In this document: positions 34,233-45,524 of the stretch, piece after piece
Numbering within the stretch: position 1 is the stretch's first letter
Layout of the letters: the number at the start of each line of letters is the position of its first letter
From: a virus
IMG/VR virus record: IMGVR_UViG_3300045738_001392
Span: 3,655 to 67,654 of that record
Length of the DNA stretch: 64,000 nt
Direction: 5' to 3' (one strand)
Notes under the pieces: model-generated
What the model saw: the letters and a program-made list of their open reading frames with translations, nothing else
Told to the model about the DNA's origin: nothing
Databases searched by the model: none
Made by a program: the position numbers and the translations under genes

Positions 34233-37136
34233 ATGACAGGAATAAACCAAAACATAGTTGTAGATGTTACCCTTGGCGATCCGAATGCAGACCCGAAGGT
34301 AACTCAAGTTTACTTCCCTAGTTTGCAGGGGGCGGGGTTGATGGGCCCCACGGGGCATACAGGCCTTCGTGGACCGCAGGGAAATAGGGGGCCCACAGGA
34401 CCGATTGGATTAACAGGGCCATATGGATTGACGGGCCCCGAAGGCTTCAGGGGAGATGTTTATGGATCCGAATTCGCTGTTTCAGGCGGAATGCAGGTTC
34501 CATATTTACAAGCAACGATCAATCTCACCATAGATCAAAATTTGGCCTATACCCCGGGCCAACAAGCCGTAGTCATCGCCGCTAGCACATCTGGGGGAGG
34601 TTTAACATACGATCCAAACAATAAATTTTTTGCGACAGTTATTTCTTATGATTCAACCACGGGCGAAATTTCTCTATACTGTTTAGAAAGATTTGTAGAT
34701 GGGGTAAAAAATCCAACTTATGGCGGGACCATCTTCACAAATTGGCTCGCGAACTTGAGAGCTGCTTCAGCATCGCAGGGAGATACGGGCCCAACGGGCC
34801 CCGACGGAATAATTGGGTCCACTGGACCCATTGGAATACGGGGTTTAACAGGTGTAACTGGGTCCATAGGAGATACGGGTCCCACCGGCCCGGGTGGAGG
34901 AGCCAAGGGAGATGACGGGCCTATAGGTCCCACTGGGTCTATTGGGCCGATTGGAATTACTGGCGATATAGGAGTTACGGGTCCCATTGGGGGCGTGGGA
35001 CCCACTGGGCCAACTGGTAATCTAGGGCCTATAGGGCCCCCTTGGGGGCCGACAGGGCCTACTGGTGCTCAGGGTGTTCAAGGTGCGGCTGGGGCCACTG
35101 GGGCTACTGGGCCGCAAGGAATTACTGGGCCGCAAGGACCGCAGGGTTTGGTTGGAGAACCCGGTTCTACAGGAGCGCAAGGACCATTGGGGCCGCAAGG
35201 ATTAGTGGGGCCAATCGGAGCAATAGGAGAAACTGGACCGACTGGGCCCACTGGATTGCACGGACCAACGGGAATTATTGGACCTACCGGAGTACAAGGA
35301 GAAATAGGGTCAACTGGGCCTACCGGCATAATTGGCGTAACTGGACCTACTGGCGACGTGGGGCCTTCTGGCGGGGTGGGAGAAAAATATAGCGGAATAT
35401 CTACTTCAAGTTTTACGATTCCTTCGGCCGCCCAAACGAGGACAATTAGAATAAGTAGCACTCCGGCTGGCGTCGCGCTCACTGATTTGGCTTATTCGAT
35501 AGGGCAGAGAATAAAAGTAGTTTATGATATTAGTAATTCTTTCTTGGCAGATATCACTAACACCGCTTATACTCTTAGCGGGTCCCCACAATATATAGAC
35601 TTAGATGTAGTTTGTGTCTCTAATAGCTTCGTAAATGCAAATGCCCTAAATCTATGGAGCATTTATTTGGACGGCGTCATCGGTCATGAGGGGCCGACTG
35701 GACCGATAGGAATCATTGGCCCCACAGGACTTATCGGACCGCAGGGTAACATCGGTTTTACTGGATTAATGGGGCCATCTGGGGCCACGGGTGGCATTGG
35801 CGCTACTGGATCTATTGGCCCCACTGGACCAGTTGGATTACTAGGTCCAACCGGGCCCACGGGGCCAATTCCGCAAGAAACACTTATCGTTAATTCTGCT
35901 TATCCTGCCATAGCTACTACGCACTTTTCTCCCGCAGATAAATTAAACGGGGCGTTAACGGCGTCGAATTATATACAACTAACGAGCGCTCAACCAACAA
36001 TACAAACCATGAGACGTGGACTAGCGCACTTGGGGAAATATTTTGAAGTAGGAACGAATAATACATTCTCAAATATAGTATACGATTCAAGGTTAAAAGA
36101 CACAATTGATGGTAATTTTATAGGAAAAGATTTAACTTTAGGAAGTACCTATTATATCAGAGTGAATGGAAGAAGCGTGCCCAATCACGCTTTTAGATTT
36201 AATCAGGTTTCGAGGCCCCCCTCTGTGATCGCGACGGTGAACACTAATGCTAATCCTTACGACTTAGCATACGTTCCTACTTTAAATAAGATGTATATTA
36301 CCACCAAGGGCGGCGTGCCGAAAATAGAGGTACTAGATTTAAGCAATAATACTTTTGGCACAGCGATTTCCACCAACGTGCCCGGCCAAATTCAGGGCAT
36401 AATTTATTGTCCATCTACAGACAGGTTGTTCGTTGCAAGCGTCTCCACCAGTACAATTTCTGTTATAGATCCGTCAACGAATAATATCGTCGCCACCATT
36501 AACGTGGGGAACTCTCCCGTAAGGCTTGTTTATTGTCCTTCTAATGATCGGATATATGTTACGAATACAGCTTCTAATAAAGTAAGCGTCATAGATCCCT
36601 CTGTAAACGAGGTAGTCTCTGAAATACAAGTGGGCGTCGGACCGAGGGGGATAGAATATTGTCCTTCTAATAATAGAATTTATGTTGTAAATTATAACGA
36701 GGGATCTGTAAACATAATAAATCCAATTTCAAATAAAGTTATTAAGACTTTGAGCATAGGAAATTTGCCTGTCGACATCAAGTATTGCCCATCGAACGAT
36801 ATAATTTATGTTACTAATTTTTCACCCACATCAGTTTACATAATAGAAGCTCAGACAGATAATTATACCTATTTTTCAGGAGGCCTCGGTTCGAATCCTT
36901 TAAATTTGGGCTACAATCCAAATCTAGATAGAGTTTACGTTTCCAATTTTGGCTCCAATACAGTTAGCTTAATTGATCCGAGAGCAGCTTGGCATAGTAA
37001 TCCTTCTACGTCATCAACTCCGGTAACTTCATCTTTAGCGGTCGGTACTAATCCAAGAAATATGGCTTTCTCACCAATAAATGATAAAATATATTTAGTA
37101 AACCAAAGCACAAACAATATATCGATTATAGAATAA
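34233..37136 (+). CDS. collagen-like fibre with C-terminal YVTN beta-propeller
   Basis: Long GPT tracts; YCPSNDRIYVTN repeats. Confidence 0.88.
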   Translation: MTGINQNIVVDVTLGDPNADPKVTQVYFPSLQGAGLMGPTGHTGLRGPQGNRGPTGPIGLTGPYGLTGPEGFRGDVYGSEFAVSGGMQVPYLQATINLTIDQNLAYTPGQQAVVIAASTSGGGLTYDPNNKFFATVISYDSTTGEISLYCLERFVDGVKNPTYGGTIFTNWLANLRAASASQGDTGPTGPDGIIGSTGPIGIRGLTGVTGSIGDTGPTGPGGGAKGDDGPIGPTGSIGPIGITGDIGVTGPIGGVGPTGPTGNLGPIGPPWGPTGPTGAQGVQGAAGATGATGPQGITGPQGPQGLVGEPGSTGAQGPLGPQGLVGPIGAIGETGPTGPTGLHGPTGIIGPTGVQGEIGSTGPTGIIGVTGPTGDVGPSGGVGEKYSGISTSSFTIPSAAQTRTIRISSTPAGVALTDLAYSIGQRIKVVYDISNSFLADITNTAYTLSGSPQYIDLDVVCVSNSFVNANALNLWSIYLDGVIGHEGPTGPIGIIGPTGLIGPQGNIGFTGLMGPSGATGGIGATGSIGPTGPVGLLGPTGPTGPIPQETLIVNSAYPAIATTHFSPADKLNGALTASNYIQLTSAQPTIQTMRRGLAHLGKYFEVGTNNTFSNIVYDSRLKDTIDGNFIGKDLTLGSTYYIRVNGRSVPNHAFRFNQVSRPPSVIATVNTNANPYDLAYVPTLNKMYITTKGGVPKIEVLDLSNNTFGTAISTNVPGQIQGIIYCPSTDRLFVASVSTSTISVIDPSTNNIVATINVGNSPVRLVYCPSNDRIYVTNTASNKVSVIDPSVNEVVSEIQVGVGPRGIEYCPSNNRIYVVNYNEGSVNIINPISNKVIKTLSIGNLPVDIKYCPSNDIIYVTNFSPTSVYIIEAQTDNYTYFSGGLGSNPLNLGYNPNLDRVYVSNFGSNTVSLIDPRAAWHSNPSTSSTPVTSSLAVGTNPRNMAFSPINDKIYLVNQSTNNISIIE

Positions 37137-37330
37137 TGTACGTTAAATTAGATAAAGATAATTATATTATAATGATGACCACTGAATCCTTCAGTGAGGC
37201 TCTTGTTGCTTCAGAACCATCTCATGACGTGGTGACTTGGTTCGCTACGGGTAAATATAAATTTATAGACGGAGAATACGTATTACAAAATGGTTGGATT
37301 GAACCGGACGTAAAAGAAGATGAGTTATAA
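37136..37330 (+). CDS. small fibre-associated protein
   Basis: Coupled between two fibre genes; [10 protein letters not shown]. Confidence 0.6.
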   Translation: MYVKLDKDNYIIMMTTESFSEALVASEPSHDVVTWFATGKYKFIDGEYVLQNGWIEPDVKEDEL

Positions 37331-40241
37331 TATAAATAAACATAGCCATGTGCATGTTAATACCGGGGACACCACTAGTGATACCGTGGTCCAGTCTGAT
37401 TTTATACAACCCAACTACAGGTATGGCCCCACTGGCCCTGCCGGTGGCCCGGGTTTAGCTCAAGATGCAATCGGCTGGACAGGTCATACAGGGCCATCGG
37501 GAACGACTGGGCCAATAGGGCCCACGGGTGCAGATGGAAGTAAATTCTCTACTACATCAATAACAGATTTAAATTTTCCCATGATAGGGGCGGGTCTCGA
37601 AGTAACTTATTATGTAGACACGGGGCTTAGCTATAGTATTGGGCAGGAAGTAATAGCTAATTTTAATTTCGCAGAATATTTCATTGCAGAAGTATTGGGA
37701 TATAATACTTACACGGGGGAACTCAATTTAAAATCTTTGTCTTCTCAAGGCGATGGCGTATGGCAAAAGGTTTATATAAATCTCTATGGAGCAATAGGAA
37801 AAAAGGGCCCGACTGGGCCCATAGGAATTGCGCCCGCTGGACCCATCGGCGGCATAGGAGTAACGGGACCAGTAGGTTCGATGGGAAATACGGGAGTCGA
37901 TGGGAACATGGGCCCCCCAACGGGCCCGACGGGAGAAATAGGGCCTGTTGGTCCCACGGGTAGCATAGGCCCCTACGGACTTCAAGGGCCCATTGGACCT
38001 ACGGGAAGTGGAATAACGGGGTCCACTGGTCGTACAGGCAGCACTGGAGATCAAACAACGGGGCCCTTTAATAATATGGGGCACACAGGAGATGTTGGCG
38101 CAACGGGCGCCATTGGTATAATGGGTGCGATAGGCGCGACAGGCATGGCCAGTTTTTCTATGGGAGTGATTGGGATAACGGGCCCCACTGGAGTATCGCC
38201 AATTGGACCCATCGGCAATACGGGCTCGATTGGTCCCACGGGGTCCACTGGAATTTACCCTACTGGGCCTACCGGGCCAACGGGCTACGAAACGGGAGAG
38301 ATGGGTGAGCGCGGTCCCACTGGACCGACTGGGCCTGACGGTTATGAGGGCGCTCCTTCCGATGAAGAGGGGACCACTGGCGCCACCGGCCCAACGGGTG
38401 TTCATGAAGCCTCATTTCTAGATGAATTTACAACGAATTATATCTCTCTTCCCGCCGTGGGGGGGCAAGCCTCTTATCAAGTGGCCTCTCACAAAGATTA
38501 TACCGTTGGGCAAAAAATTGTTGTCCACAATAATGCTAGGGATACTAATGGTGTTCTCTCTGGATACGCCCACAGATTCTATGGAGATGTAGAATCTTAT
38601 AACCGAAGTAACGGTGATATAGTTTTGAATTGTCAATCTACCGTGCCCAGCGCAAATTATCAATCAGTTCTATTTAAAGATTGGGTAATTAATAATAATA
38701 ACCTTTTAGAAGGGGAGCTCGTCGGAGACCTTGGACCGACCGGGCCGATAGGGCCCACGGGCCCGATAGGAACAATCGGAATTATAGGTATCACTGGGTC
38801 GATAGGCGTCACTGGACCATTGGGCGCTACGGGGCCAATCGGTCAATCAGATTTAGAAATTGGTCCGACTGGAATAGTTGGGCCCATAGGTCCCACGGGT
38901 CTCATGGGAATAAATGATAACCCCTATTCAAAAACGAAATATTCTCACAATATCTATTCCAACTATTCCAATCTGCACGTGACAAGCGGAGCGCTCCATG
39001 CTGGCGATTACATTCTAATAGATGAAAATAATCAACCAACAACTCAGTCTTTCAGGAGGGGGCTCTTTCATAACGGGTCGTATTATCAAATAGCTAGTGA
39101 TTCTAATTTCAATAATATAGTAATTGACTCAAGGAAGCGAATATGTCAAAATGAAAATTTCTTTTCTGAAAAGCTTTTATTTAATCAAATTTATTATACA
39201 AGATTTGATGCTGGCCCTATGGGGTATTCATTTGACAATGCTTTTAAATTCGTATATGAGGCGGGAAAAATACCCGTAGTTATTGCGGGCTCCGTTCATC
39301 CCGCTACGTATCCATTTAATATAATTTCTTCTCCCGATGACGACAAGCTTTACGCTAGCGCAAATGGATATTTCGATCCCGGTAAAAATTCCGCAACAAA
39401 CTATTTACTTTCTTTGGAGCCGGAATATGACAGTCAAGGTGTTCCAAACGAGGCCTCAAAGATTATTCTAAATGGCTCGGGAGCCATGGGGCTAGAATAC
39501 TGCCCATCAAATAAAGATATTTATGTCGCCAATTTCGCATCACATACAGTTAGCATCGCCAGCTATTCTAATTCATCGACAATGGCTCAGCGCAAAGTCA
39601 TAGACGTTGGTCAAAATCCGGTCGATGTTATCTATTCTCCTTCAGTTGATAAGCTGTACGTTTCTCATAGCGGAGAGGCGATAATTAAAATGATTGACCC
39701 AAGTAATTTCGATCAGACTAAGGACATTCTGCATACGAATATACTGTTGGGGGCAAATTATGGAATTTATTGCCCATCAAATGAAAAGATTTATATAACT
39801 AATTCTGTGAACGACAACCTCATGTGTCTCGACACTTTAACGGAAGAGGTGGAGCTCGTCAACTTGGACTCTTATAGCAATAAGGGCGTTTATTGCCCAT
39901 ATAACGACAGAATCTATATAACTCATTCTATAGATAATATAATAAGTGTAATTAACCCACAAGAGAACGTTGTTGAGGAAAGGATCGTCGACGGGATAAG
40001 AGCTGGAGTTCATGGGATAACGTATTCTCCTATTATTAATAAAGTTTTTGTGACAAATCACGATAACAATTTGAACTCCCAAGGGACCGCTTCCTATCTA
40101 GATCCAGAGACAAACACGTTCGAGGGGCATATGGATTTAGGTATCTATCCAAACGACATAATTTGCGACATAAAAAGAAGTGGGATGATGTGGACGACTA
40201 ATTATGGGTCAGATAATCTATATTTCATAAGAAATATTTAA
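37320..40241 (+). CDS. collagen-like fibre with YVTN beta-propeller (paralog of 34233)
   Basis: Same architecture; shared QPT.Q..RRGL.H.G.Y......F.NIV.DSR segment. Confidence 0.88.
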   Translation: MSYNINKHSHVHVNTGDTTSDTVVQSDFIQPNYRYGPTGPAGGPGLAQDAIGWTGHTGPSGTTGPIGPTGADGSKFSTTSITDLNFPMIGAGLEVTYYVDTGLSYSIGQEVIANFNFAEYFIAEVLGYNTYTGELNLKSLSSQGDGVWQKVYINLYGAIGKKGPTGPIGIAPAGPIGGIGVTGPVGSMGNTGVDGNMGPPTGPTGEIGPVGPTGSIGPYGLQGPIGPTGSGITGSTGRTGSTGDQTTGPFNNMGHTGDVGATGAIGIMGAIGATGMASFSMGVIGITGPTGVSPIGPIGNTGSIGPTGSTGIYPTGPTGPTGYETGEMGERGPTGPTGPDGYEGAPSDEEGTTGATGPTGVHEASFLDEFTTNYISLPAVGGQASYQVASHKDYTVGQKIVVHNNARDTNGVLSGYAHRFYGDVESYNRSNGDIVLNCQSTVPSANYQSVLFKDWVINNNNLLEGELVGDLGPTGPIGPTGPIGTIGIIGITGSIGVTGPLGATGPIGQSDLEIGPTGIVGPIGPTGLMGINDNPYSKTKYSHNIYSNYSNLHVTSGALHAGDYILIDENNQPTTQSFRRGLFHNGSYYQIASDSNFNNIVIDSRKRICQNENFFSEKLLFNQIYYTRFDAGPMGYSFDNAFKFVYEAGKIPVVIAGSVHPATYPFNIISSPDDDKLYASANGYFDPGKNSATNYLLSLEPEYDSQGVPNEASKIILNGSGAMGLEYCPSNKDIYVANFASHTVSIASYSNSSTMAQRKVIDVGQNPVDVIYSPSVDKLYVSHSGEAIIKMIDPSNFDQTKDILHTNILLGANYGIYCPSNEKIYITNSVNDNLMCLDTLTEEVELVNLDSYSNKGVYCPYNDRIYITHSIDNIISVINPQENVVEERIVDGIRAGVHGITYSPIINKVFVTNHDNNLNSQGTASYLDPETNTFEGHMDLGIYPNDIICDIKRSGMMWTTNYGSDNLYFIRNI

Positions 40242-40253
40242 TATAATAAGGAA

Positions 40254-41945
40254 ATGGCAATTGTAAGTACAAAATTAGGAGCTTCGATTTTAGCCAAGGG
40301 CTACGTGTTACCCACGACAGGAGTAGTCACAGGACCACTCGGCTTTAATGTGAATGACAAAATAGTCATTGATAAAAATTTATCCACCAAGGAAGAAAAT
40401 TATGTAAAGAATATTTACCATGATAAAATCCTGTTGAATACCCCACTTTCTTATCCTCATGATTACCATGCTAATATAGAAAATAGATTTCAAGGACTTA
40501 AGGAAATTAGCGATTTCGTTAACCCAAATGCTCCGTCTGTCAGTCCTCCTAGGGTGCGCAAATTTAATCTCTCCGCTGTAGATCCTAATAATGGATCGAT
40601 TCTCATAGTGGGAGAAAATATGTCCAATAGAACAATCGTTCATCAGACGGCTAACGGGAGCTCTAGCTATGAAGAAATACATTTGTGGGCTTACAATGAT
40701 GACGAAGGGGACGTCGAACTTACTGTCGAATTTGGTGGTCTTAGTAATAATGTCAATGGTAATGCAATAGTTTTTCAACAGCACAGAAGTTTAAAAATTA
40801 AAATCCCCAGCAGACAGGGTTTATTTAATATTTTCAACGGGCTCCTCCTACGAAATTCTTCAAGAATTACGGCTTTCGCAAACGAGGCGAACAAAGTTAC
40901 TTTAAGGGGGTATGTTAATAAAATCAATCAGGCGTCAGTGACGTCTCCAACGGGACAAAGCCCGATGGTCGTGGACTCTAGCTGCATCGGTTGGGGAGAG
41001 AATTTTTTTGGTCAAGCCAGCGTGCCGTCTGATATTTCTTCGACGAAAAGGAACACAATTAAAAGTCTAGCTGCAGGATATAATAATTCTTTTGCCGTAT
41101 TAGAAGATGATTATTTAAGGGGGTGGGGCTCGAATTCTTATGGACAGCTAAATGTTCCTAATATTTTCACTCCTTCTGGTACAGCCACAAATCTAATTAA
41201 TAGTATTGAAAAAATTTCAGTAGGAGAGGGCCACGTCTTGGCCCTGTACAAAGACAATAATTTAAATACATATGTTAAAAGCTGGGGGTCTTTCGCAGAG
41301 AATACGGTACCAATTAATTTGGGAGTCGTCAAGGATATATCTGCTGGAGCGAACCACAGCTTGGCCCTATTGGACGATGGCACAGTTGTGGGGTGGGGAG
41401 ATAATTCTCATGGTCAAGCGAAGGGAGTAGAAAGTTCTGGTCTTGCCACCGGGCAATTTGGGGGAAACGTTAGCGGCGCGAGCGGAGAATTGCTAGATGA
41501 CGTTGTAGCCGTTTCTGCTGGGGGCAACCATAGCCTAGCTTTGAGAACTGATTCTGGGGTAGTCGCGTTTGGTAGTAATTATGTAAATCAATGTTCTACT
41601 CCCCCTTCTGCAACTGGAGTTATACAAATAGCAGCAGGCCTAAATCATAGTTTGATTTTAAAGACAGATGGAAGCATTGAAGCTTGGGGAGATGATCAAT
41701 TCGGTCAATCGACTGTTCCCTCTGGTTTGGCTATAGCAAATACAGAAATGTCAGGAGTAGCCGCGGCGGGGAATGCCAGTTTAGCTTGGACAAATTCTGG
41801 TCAAATTTTCGCATGGGGAGGGACAGAAGATTCCAAATTAAACACTCCGCCGATTTATGATGTCACCAATATATATTGTGGTCTAGAGCATGCGATATCA
41901 ACAAATATATCGGGAGCAAGAACTAATGGAGCGCCCGTGATATAG
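40254..41945 (+). CDS. RCC1/BLIP-II repeat virion protein
   Basis: EEIHLWAYN module plus AGxNHSLAL/WG repeats. Confidence 0.8.
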   Translation: MAIVSTKLGASILAKGYVLPTTGVVTGPLGFNVNDKIVIDKNLSTKEENYVKNIYHDKILLNTPLSYPHDYHANIENRFQGLKEISDFVNPNAPSVSPPRVRKFNLSAVDPNNGSILIVGENMSNRTIVHQTANGSSSYEEIHLWAYNDDEGDVELTVEFGGLSNNVNGNAIVFQQHRSLKIKIPSRQGLFNIFNGLLLRNSSRITAFANEANKVTLRGYVNKINQASVTSPTGQSPMVVDSSCIGWGENFFGQASVPSDISSTKRNTIKSLAAGYNNSFAVLEDDYLRGWGSNSYGQLNVPNIFTPSGTATNLINSIEKISVGEGHVLALYKDNNLNTYVKSWGSFAENTVPINLGVVKDISAGANHSLALLDDGTVVGWGDNSHGQAKGVESSGLATGQFGGNVSGASGELLDDVVAVSAGGNHSLALRTDSGVVAFGSNYVNQCSTPPSATGVIQIAAGLNHSLILKTDGSIEAWGDDQFGQSTVPSGLAIANTEMSGVAAAGNASLAWTNSGQIFAWGGTEDSKLNTPPIYDVTNIYCGLEHAISTNISGARTNGAPVI

Positions 41946-41953
41946 GAGACAAA

Positions 41954-43726
41954 ATGGCTGAACCAATACAATTTAATTATTCTTTAAAGGGCGATTATAG
42001 CAACATAAATATCATCACCTATAGTTTAAATGGGTGGATAGCAACTCATTATCCTCACTCTATGAAAACGGGGAACGCGATAAGAATAGCCGGTAGCGAT
42101 ACAATTTATTATGTATGCACATATTTCTCCAGCACTTTCTTGTCTCTTCATGAAAGTCCAGAAAATGCAGCGACTGGACAACCGAGAATTGAAAATATAG
42201 GAAATGTGGGAGATTCTATTTATTCCCTAGTCAAAACTTATCGATCAGTAAATGTAGAGCAAGTAGAAAATGGCTTAGTTTATTCAGTGGGTGGAGCCCT
42301 CACTGATTTTACATATTTTGGAACAGGAGACAAAATTAGATTTGCAGTCAATACCCTCGGGGGAGGAAGCGCTTTCAGCAAATTAAAAAATGCTTCTGTT
42401 AAAATAATAAATGGAGGAGATAATTTTATGCGTGCCCCAAGCGTAAGTATTTCTAATCCTCCCGGGTCTGGAGGAACCAGAGCTACCGCTAAGATTCTTA
42501 TAGATTCTTCTGGCGCCATAAAAAAGGTAATTATGACCAATCCCGGAACGAAATATACATCTGCGCCATCCGTCACGCTTAGTGCTACGTTTTTTACAGT
42601 AAAGAGCCTTGTCGTTACAAATAGCGGAAGTGGATATATAACTACTCCAATTATAGAATTTATTGGGGGTGGCGGTTCTGGGGCCGCAGCAGTTCCCGTG
42701 TTAGACGGAATGAGTGGGTCTTGGTCTATCGAGTCTGTCACTCTTACGGACCCCGGAGGAGAATATTCTTCTGCGCCTACAGTAAAAGTTACGGGCGGAG
42801 GAGTAGACAAGGTGGGCTCTCTTACTTTAACGAGCGTAGGCAACAACTATGCAGAAGCTCCGACAGTAACGTTAGTTGGGGGAGGAGGGCAAGGAGCAAC
42901 TGCTCAAGCCTCTATTACGGAAACGACACAAACAGGAACAGACTGGGAAGGGAATCCTACTTATTCGACAGTGACTAGAGATTATATTACGTCTTTAACA
43001 ATTACAAACGCAGGCAGTGGATATAGCCAGCCGCCCACGGTCGTATTTAGCGGGGGAGAGGCGGGCACTTCTTCTGGCCCAACGACGACGTCGACCACGT
43101 GGTATCCCGGCGGAGGCGGCGGAGGCGGTGGTGGTAGTGCCCCCCTCGGACCGCTCGAGCCCGCAACTGCAACGGCATCTTTACAGGGAGTTAATCCCAA
43201 TGGGACTGTCGCTTCTATAACTGCGGTAATTGGAAGTTCCACGGCTAATTTGCAAGGATCGACAGAGGGAACCTTGGGGACTCTACAAAACGAATTAGTA
43301 GACGAAATTGAAACTAATGTCGCATATTTTATTAGAAAAATTTCTAATTCTATAATCTCAATTCATAGAACGAAGCAAGACGCTATGAATAACATAAACT
43401 CATTAGATTTTGGAACAGATAATATTTTTGCTGGACTGGCTGTGACAAAAACTATGAATGATCCCGATTTTACTCAGACAACCGCACAAGCAGCGGTAAG
43501 TCAAACCATTTTGACTCACAATGTCATGAAAAATTCGGTTACTCTGCCGGTAAAAAACGCCAATGGCTTTGCGTCTGGAAAAGCTATCCTTATTGATGAG
43601 AACGATTGCGAAGAAGAGAGCAACACAATTTTAAGAGCTACATCTACCTACTTGGTGCTTACTAACCCTTTAACTTATTCTCACGAAAAGGGTAAGGCGG
43701 TTAGATTAGTTTTACCGAACGAATAG
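41954..43726 (+). CDS. Gly-rich repeat virion protein
   Basis: NxGxGYxxAPxVxxxGGGGxGAxA repeats; TTTSTTWYPG9. Confidence 0.7.
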   Translation: MAEPIQFNYSLKGDYSNINIITYSLNGWIATHYPHSMKTGNAIRIAGSDTIYYVCTYFSSTFLSLHESPENAATGQPRIENIGNVGDSIYSLVKTYRSVNVEQVENGLVYSVGGALTDFTYFGTGDKIRFAVNTLGGGSAFSKLKNASVKIINGGDNFMRAPSVSISNPPGSGGTRATAKILIDSSGAIKKVIMTNPGTKYTSAPSVTLSATFFTVKSLVVTNSGSGYITTPIIEFIGGGGSGAAAVPVLDGMSGSWSIESVTLTDPGGEYSSAPTVKVTGGGVDKVGSLTLTSVGNNYAEAPTVTLVGGGGQGATAQASITETTQTGTDWEGNPTYSTVTRDYITSLTITNAGSGYSQPPTVVFSGGEAGTSSGPTTTSTTWYPGGGGGGGGGSAPLGPLEPATATASLQGVNPNGTVASITAVIGSSTANLQGSTEGTLGTLQNELVDEIETNVAYFIRKISNSIISIHRTKQDAMNNINSLDFGTDNIFAGLAVTKTMNDPDFTQTTAQAAVSQTILTHNVMKNSVTLPVKNANGFASGKAILIDENDCEEESNTILRATSTYLVLTNPLTYSHEKGKAVRLVLPNE

Positions 43727-43730
43727 CATA

Positions 43731-45464
43731 ATGCCAAATGATTCTGCCAAGACGATAACTAGAAGTAACTCATCTTCTAATTGGTTCGCCCTCAACGAGA
43801 TATTATCTTTGGGGGAAATAGTTCATGAATTAGATACGGGCAGAATCAAGATCGGAAATGGTGTTTCGAGCTGGCAAAATTTGCCTTATGTAGATCAAAC
43901 TGGGCCGACGGGAGCAAGGGGCACGACAGGAATAAGGGGAGATATATATTCTACCAACGCCATTGGATTAGAAATGAGCGTGCCTTACATGGGTGATTCC
44001 GTTATAATTCAAATACCCCGAGGCTTTTCTTATTCGAGGTCTCAGAGGATTATCGTGGCGAATAGCGTTTCTAATTATTTTATTGCAGACATTAATAACG
44101 TCGTTCGCTACCCTACGATTACCTCCTTATATGTTACCGTCTACAGAAGAACGGTGGAAAATTTAGAGCATTCCCCATACGTTAGTGGCACTTTCAATAA
44201 TTGGAGCGTAAATCTCTATTCCGTAAATGCTATAGGGATAACTGGGCCTACTGGCGTCGTAGGACCCATTGGCGTTGCGGGACCGACGGGCCTCCTTGGT
44301 CCCACTGGCGTTATTGGCGTTCAAGGCGTGCCCGGACCAGTAGGAATACAGGGAACAAAGGGAGATACTGGAGCTATTGGGCCTCAGGGAATTATAGGCC
44401 TTACAGGGATTACTGGGGCTACGGGCGCAACAGGCGCAGATTCTACTGTTGCTGGGCCTACTGGCCCACAAGGCGTGCAAGGTAATATAGGACCAACTGG
44501 CGCAGATTCTACCGTTGTCGGGCCTACTGGCCTTCAAGGCGCGCAAGGCAACGTGGGGCCAACTGGCGCAGATTCTACCGTTGTCGGGCCTACTGGCCTT
44601 CAAGGTGCGCAAGGCAACGTGGGGCCAACTGGCGCAGATTCTACTGTTGTTGGGCCTACTGGCCCTCAAGGCGCGCAAGGCAATATAGGAGTAACGGGGC
44701 CGCAGGGAATTCAAGGAATAACTGGTGAGACTGGCCCTTCTGGAGGACCATCTGGCGCGACAGGACCGACTGGAGCGACCGGAGCTGAGCCTGCTGGTAG
44801 TGGTGGTGGAGTGCTTTCGTTTAAATTTAAGTTCGCCACATCAACATCTGAACCAACAGCGTCTTTTAACGGAGAGATAAGGAAAAGTACTGCATACGAT
44901 TATGATTCAAGTACTTATACTTGTGCGGGGTCTTTTTATCAGCTAGGCACAGCGGGTTTCCCTCTCGATGAAGAGTTTATATATCTTAGCGCAACAGATG
45001 AAGATGGTGGTGGAATCGAGAATTTTTTAGATTCGCTTGCTTCTGCAGAAGCGTATACATTTTATCTAAGATTAACTCGGACTAACGGGGCTTCATTGAT
45101 TTATCAAGTTGTTCCCGTAGCTAACGCTGCTGGCGACGGAGGAGTAGAGAGAATAGAAGACGGTGGTAATAACTTGTTAGGATACAAGATCACATTGGGC
45201 GGGCGAGATGGAAACTCAAATGATATAATTTCTTTAAAATATGATCAAGGATTTGATGAAGCAAATACCAATTGCGGTCTTGCTCCCGTTGCGGCCGACG
45301 AAGAAATAATGGTTTCATTTGATATAAGATTGGGTCTACATTTACCATTAGCGGTCCCACCCTGCGGTAGCGATGTATATCTCTTAAAATGGAACAACGG
45401 CGGCTCATGCAGCATGGGCACTCCTCAAGATTCTCTTATGTGGGTAAACGAAAGCGGTCCTTAA
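43731..45464 (+). CDS. collagen-like fibre with Mtd/hyaluronidase-type N-terminal domain
   Basis: LSLGEIVHELDTGRIKIGNGVSSWQNLPY; GPT tracts. Confidence 0.8.
   Translation: MPNDSAKTITRSNSSSNWFALNEILSLGEIVHELDTGRIKIGNGVSSWQNLPYVDQTGPTGARGTTGIRGDIYSTNAIGLEMSVPYMGDSVIIQIPRGFSYSRSQRIIVANSVSNYFIADINNVVRYPTITSLYVTVYRRTVENLEHSPYVSGTFNNWSVNLYSVNAIGITGPTGVVGPIGVAGPTGLLGPTGVIGVQGVPGPVGIQGTKGDTGAIGPQGIIGLTGITGATGATGADSTVAGPTGPQGVQGNIGPTGADSTVVGPTGLQGAQGNVGPTGADSTVVGPTGLQGAQGNVGPTGADSTVVGPTGPQGAQGNIGVTGPQGIQGITGETGPSGGPSGATGPTGATGAEPAGSGGGVLSFKFKFATSTSEPTASFNGEIRKSTAYDYDSSTYTCAGSFYQLGTAGFPLDEEFIYLSATDEDGGGIENFLDSLASAEAYTFYLRLTRTNGASLIYQVVPVANAAGDGGVERIEDGGNNLLGYKITLGGRDGNSNDIISLKYDQGFDEANTNCGLAPVAADEEIMVSFDIRLGLHLPLAVPPCGSDVYLLKWNNGGSCSMGTPQDSLMWVNESGP
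44433..44696 (+). repeat. four 66-bp in-frame tandem repeats (GADSTVVGPTGLQGAQGNVGPT)
   Basis: GGCGCAGATTCT at 44433, 44499, 44565, 44631. Confidence 0.9.
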
Positions 45465-45524
45465 CCGAAAATTAAGATTAGGAAACAAACATAAAGTGTA
45501 ATATAATAAGAGGTATAAGGAAAA

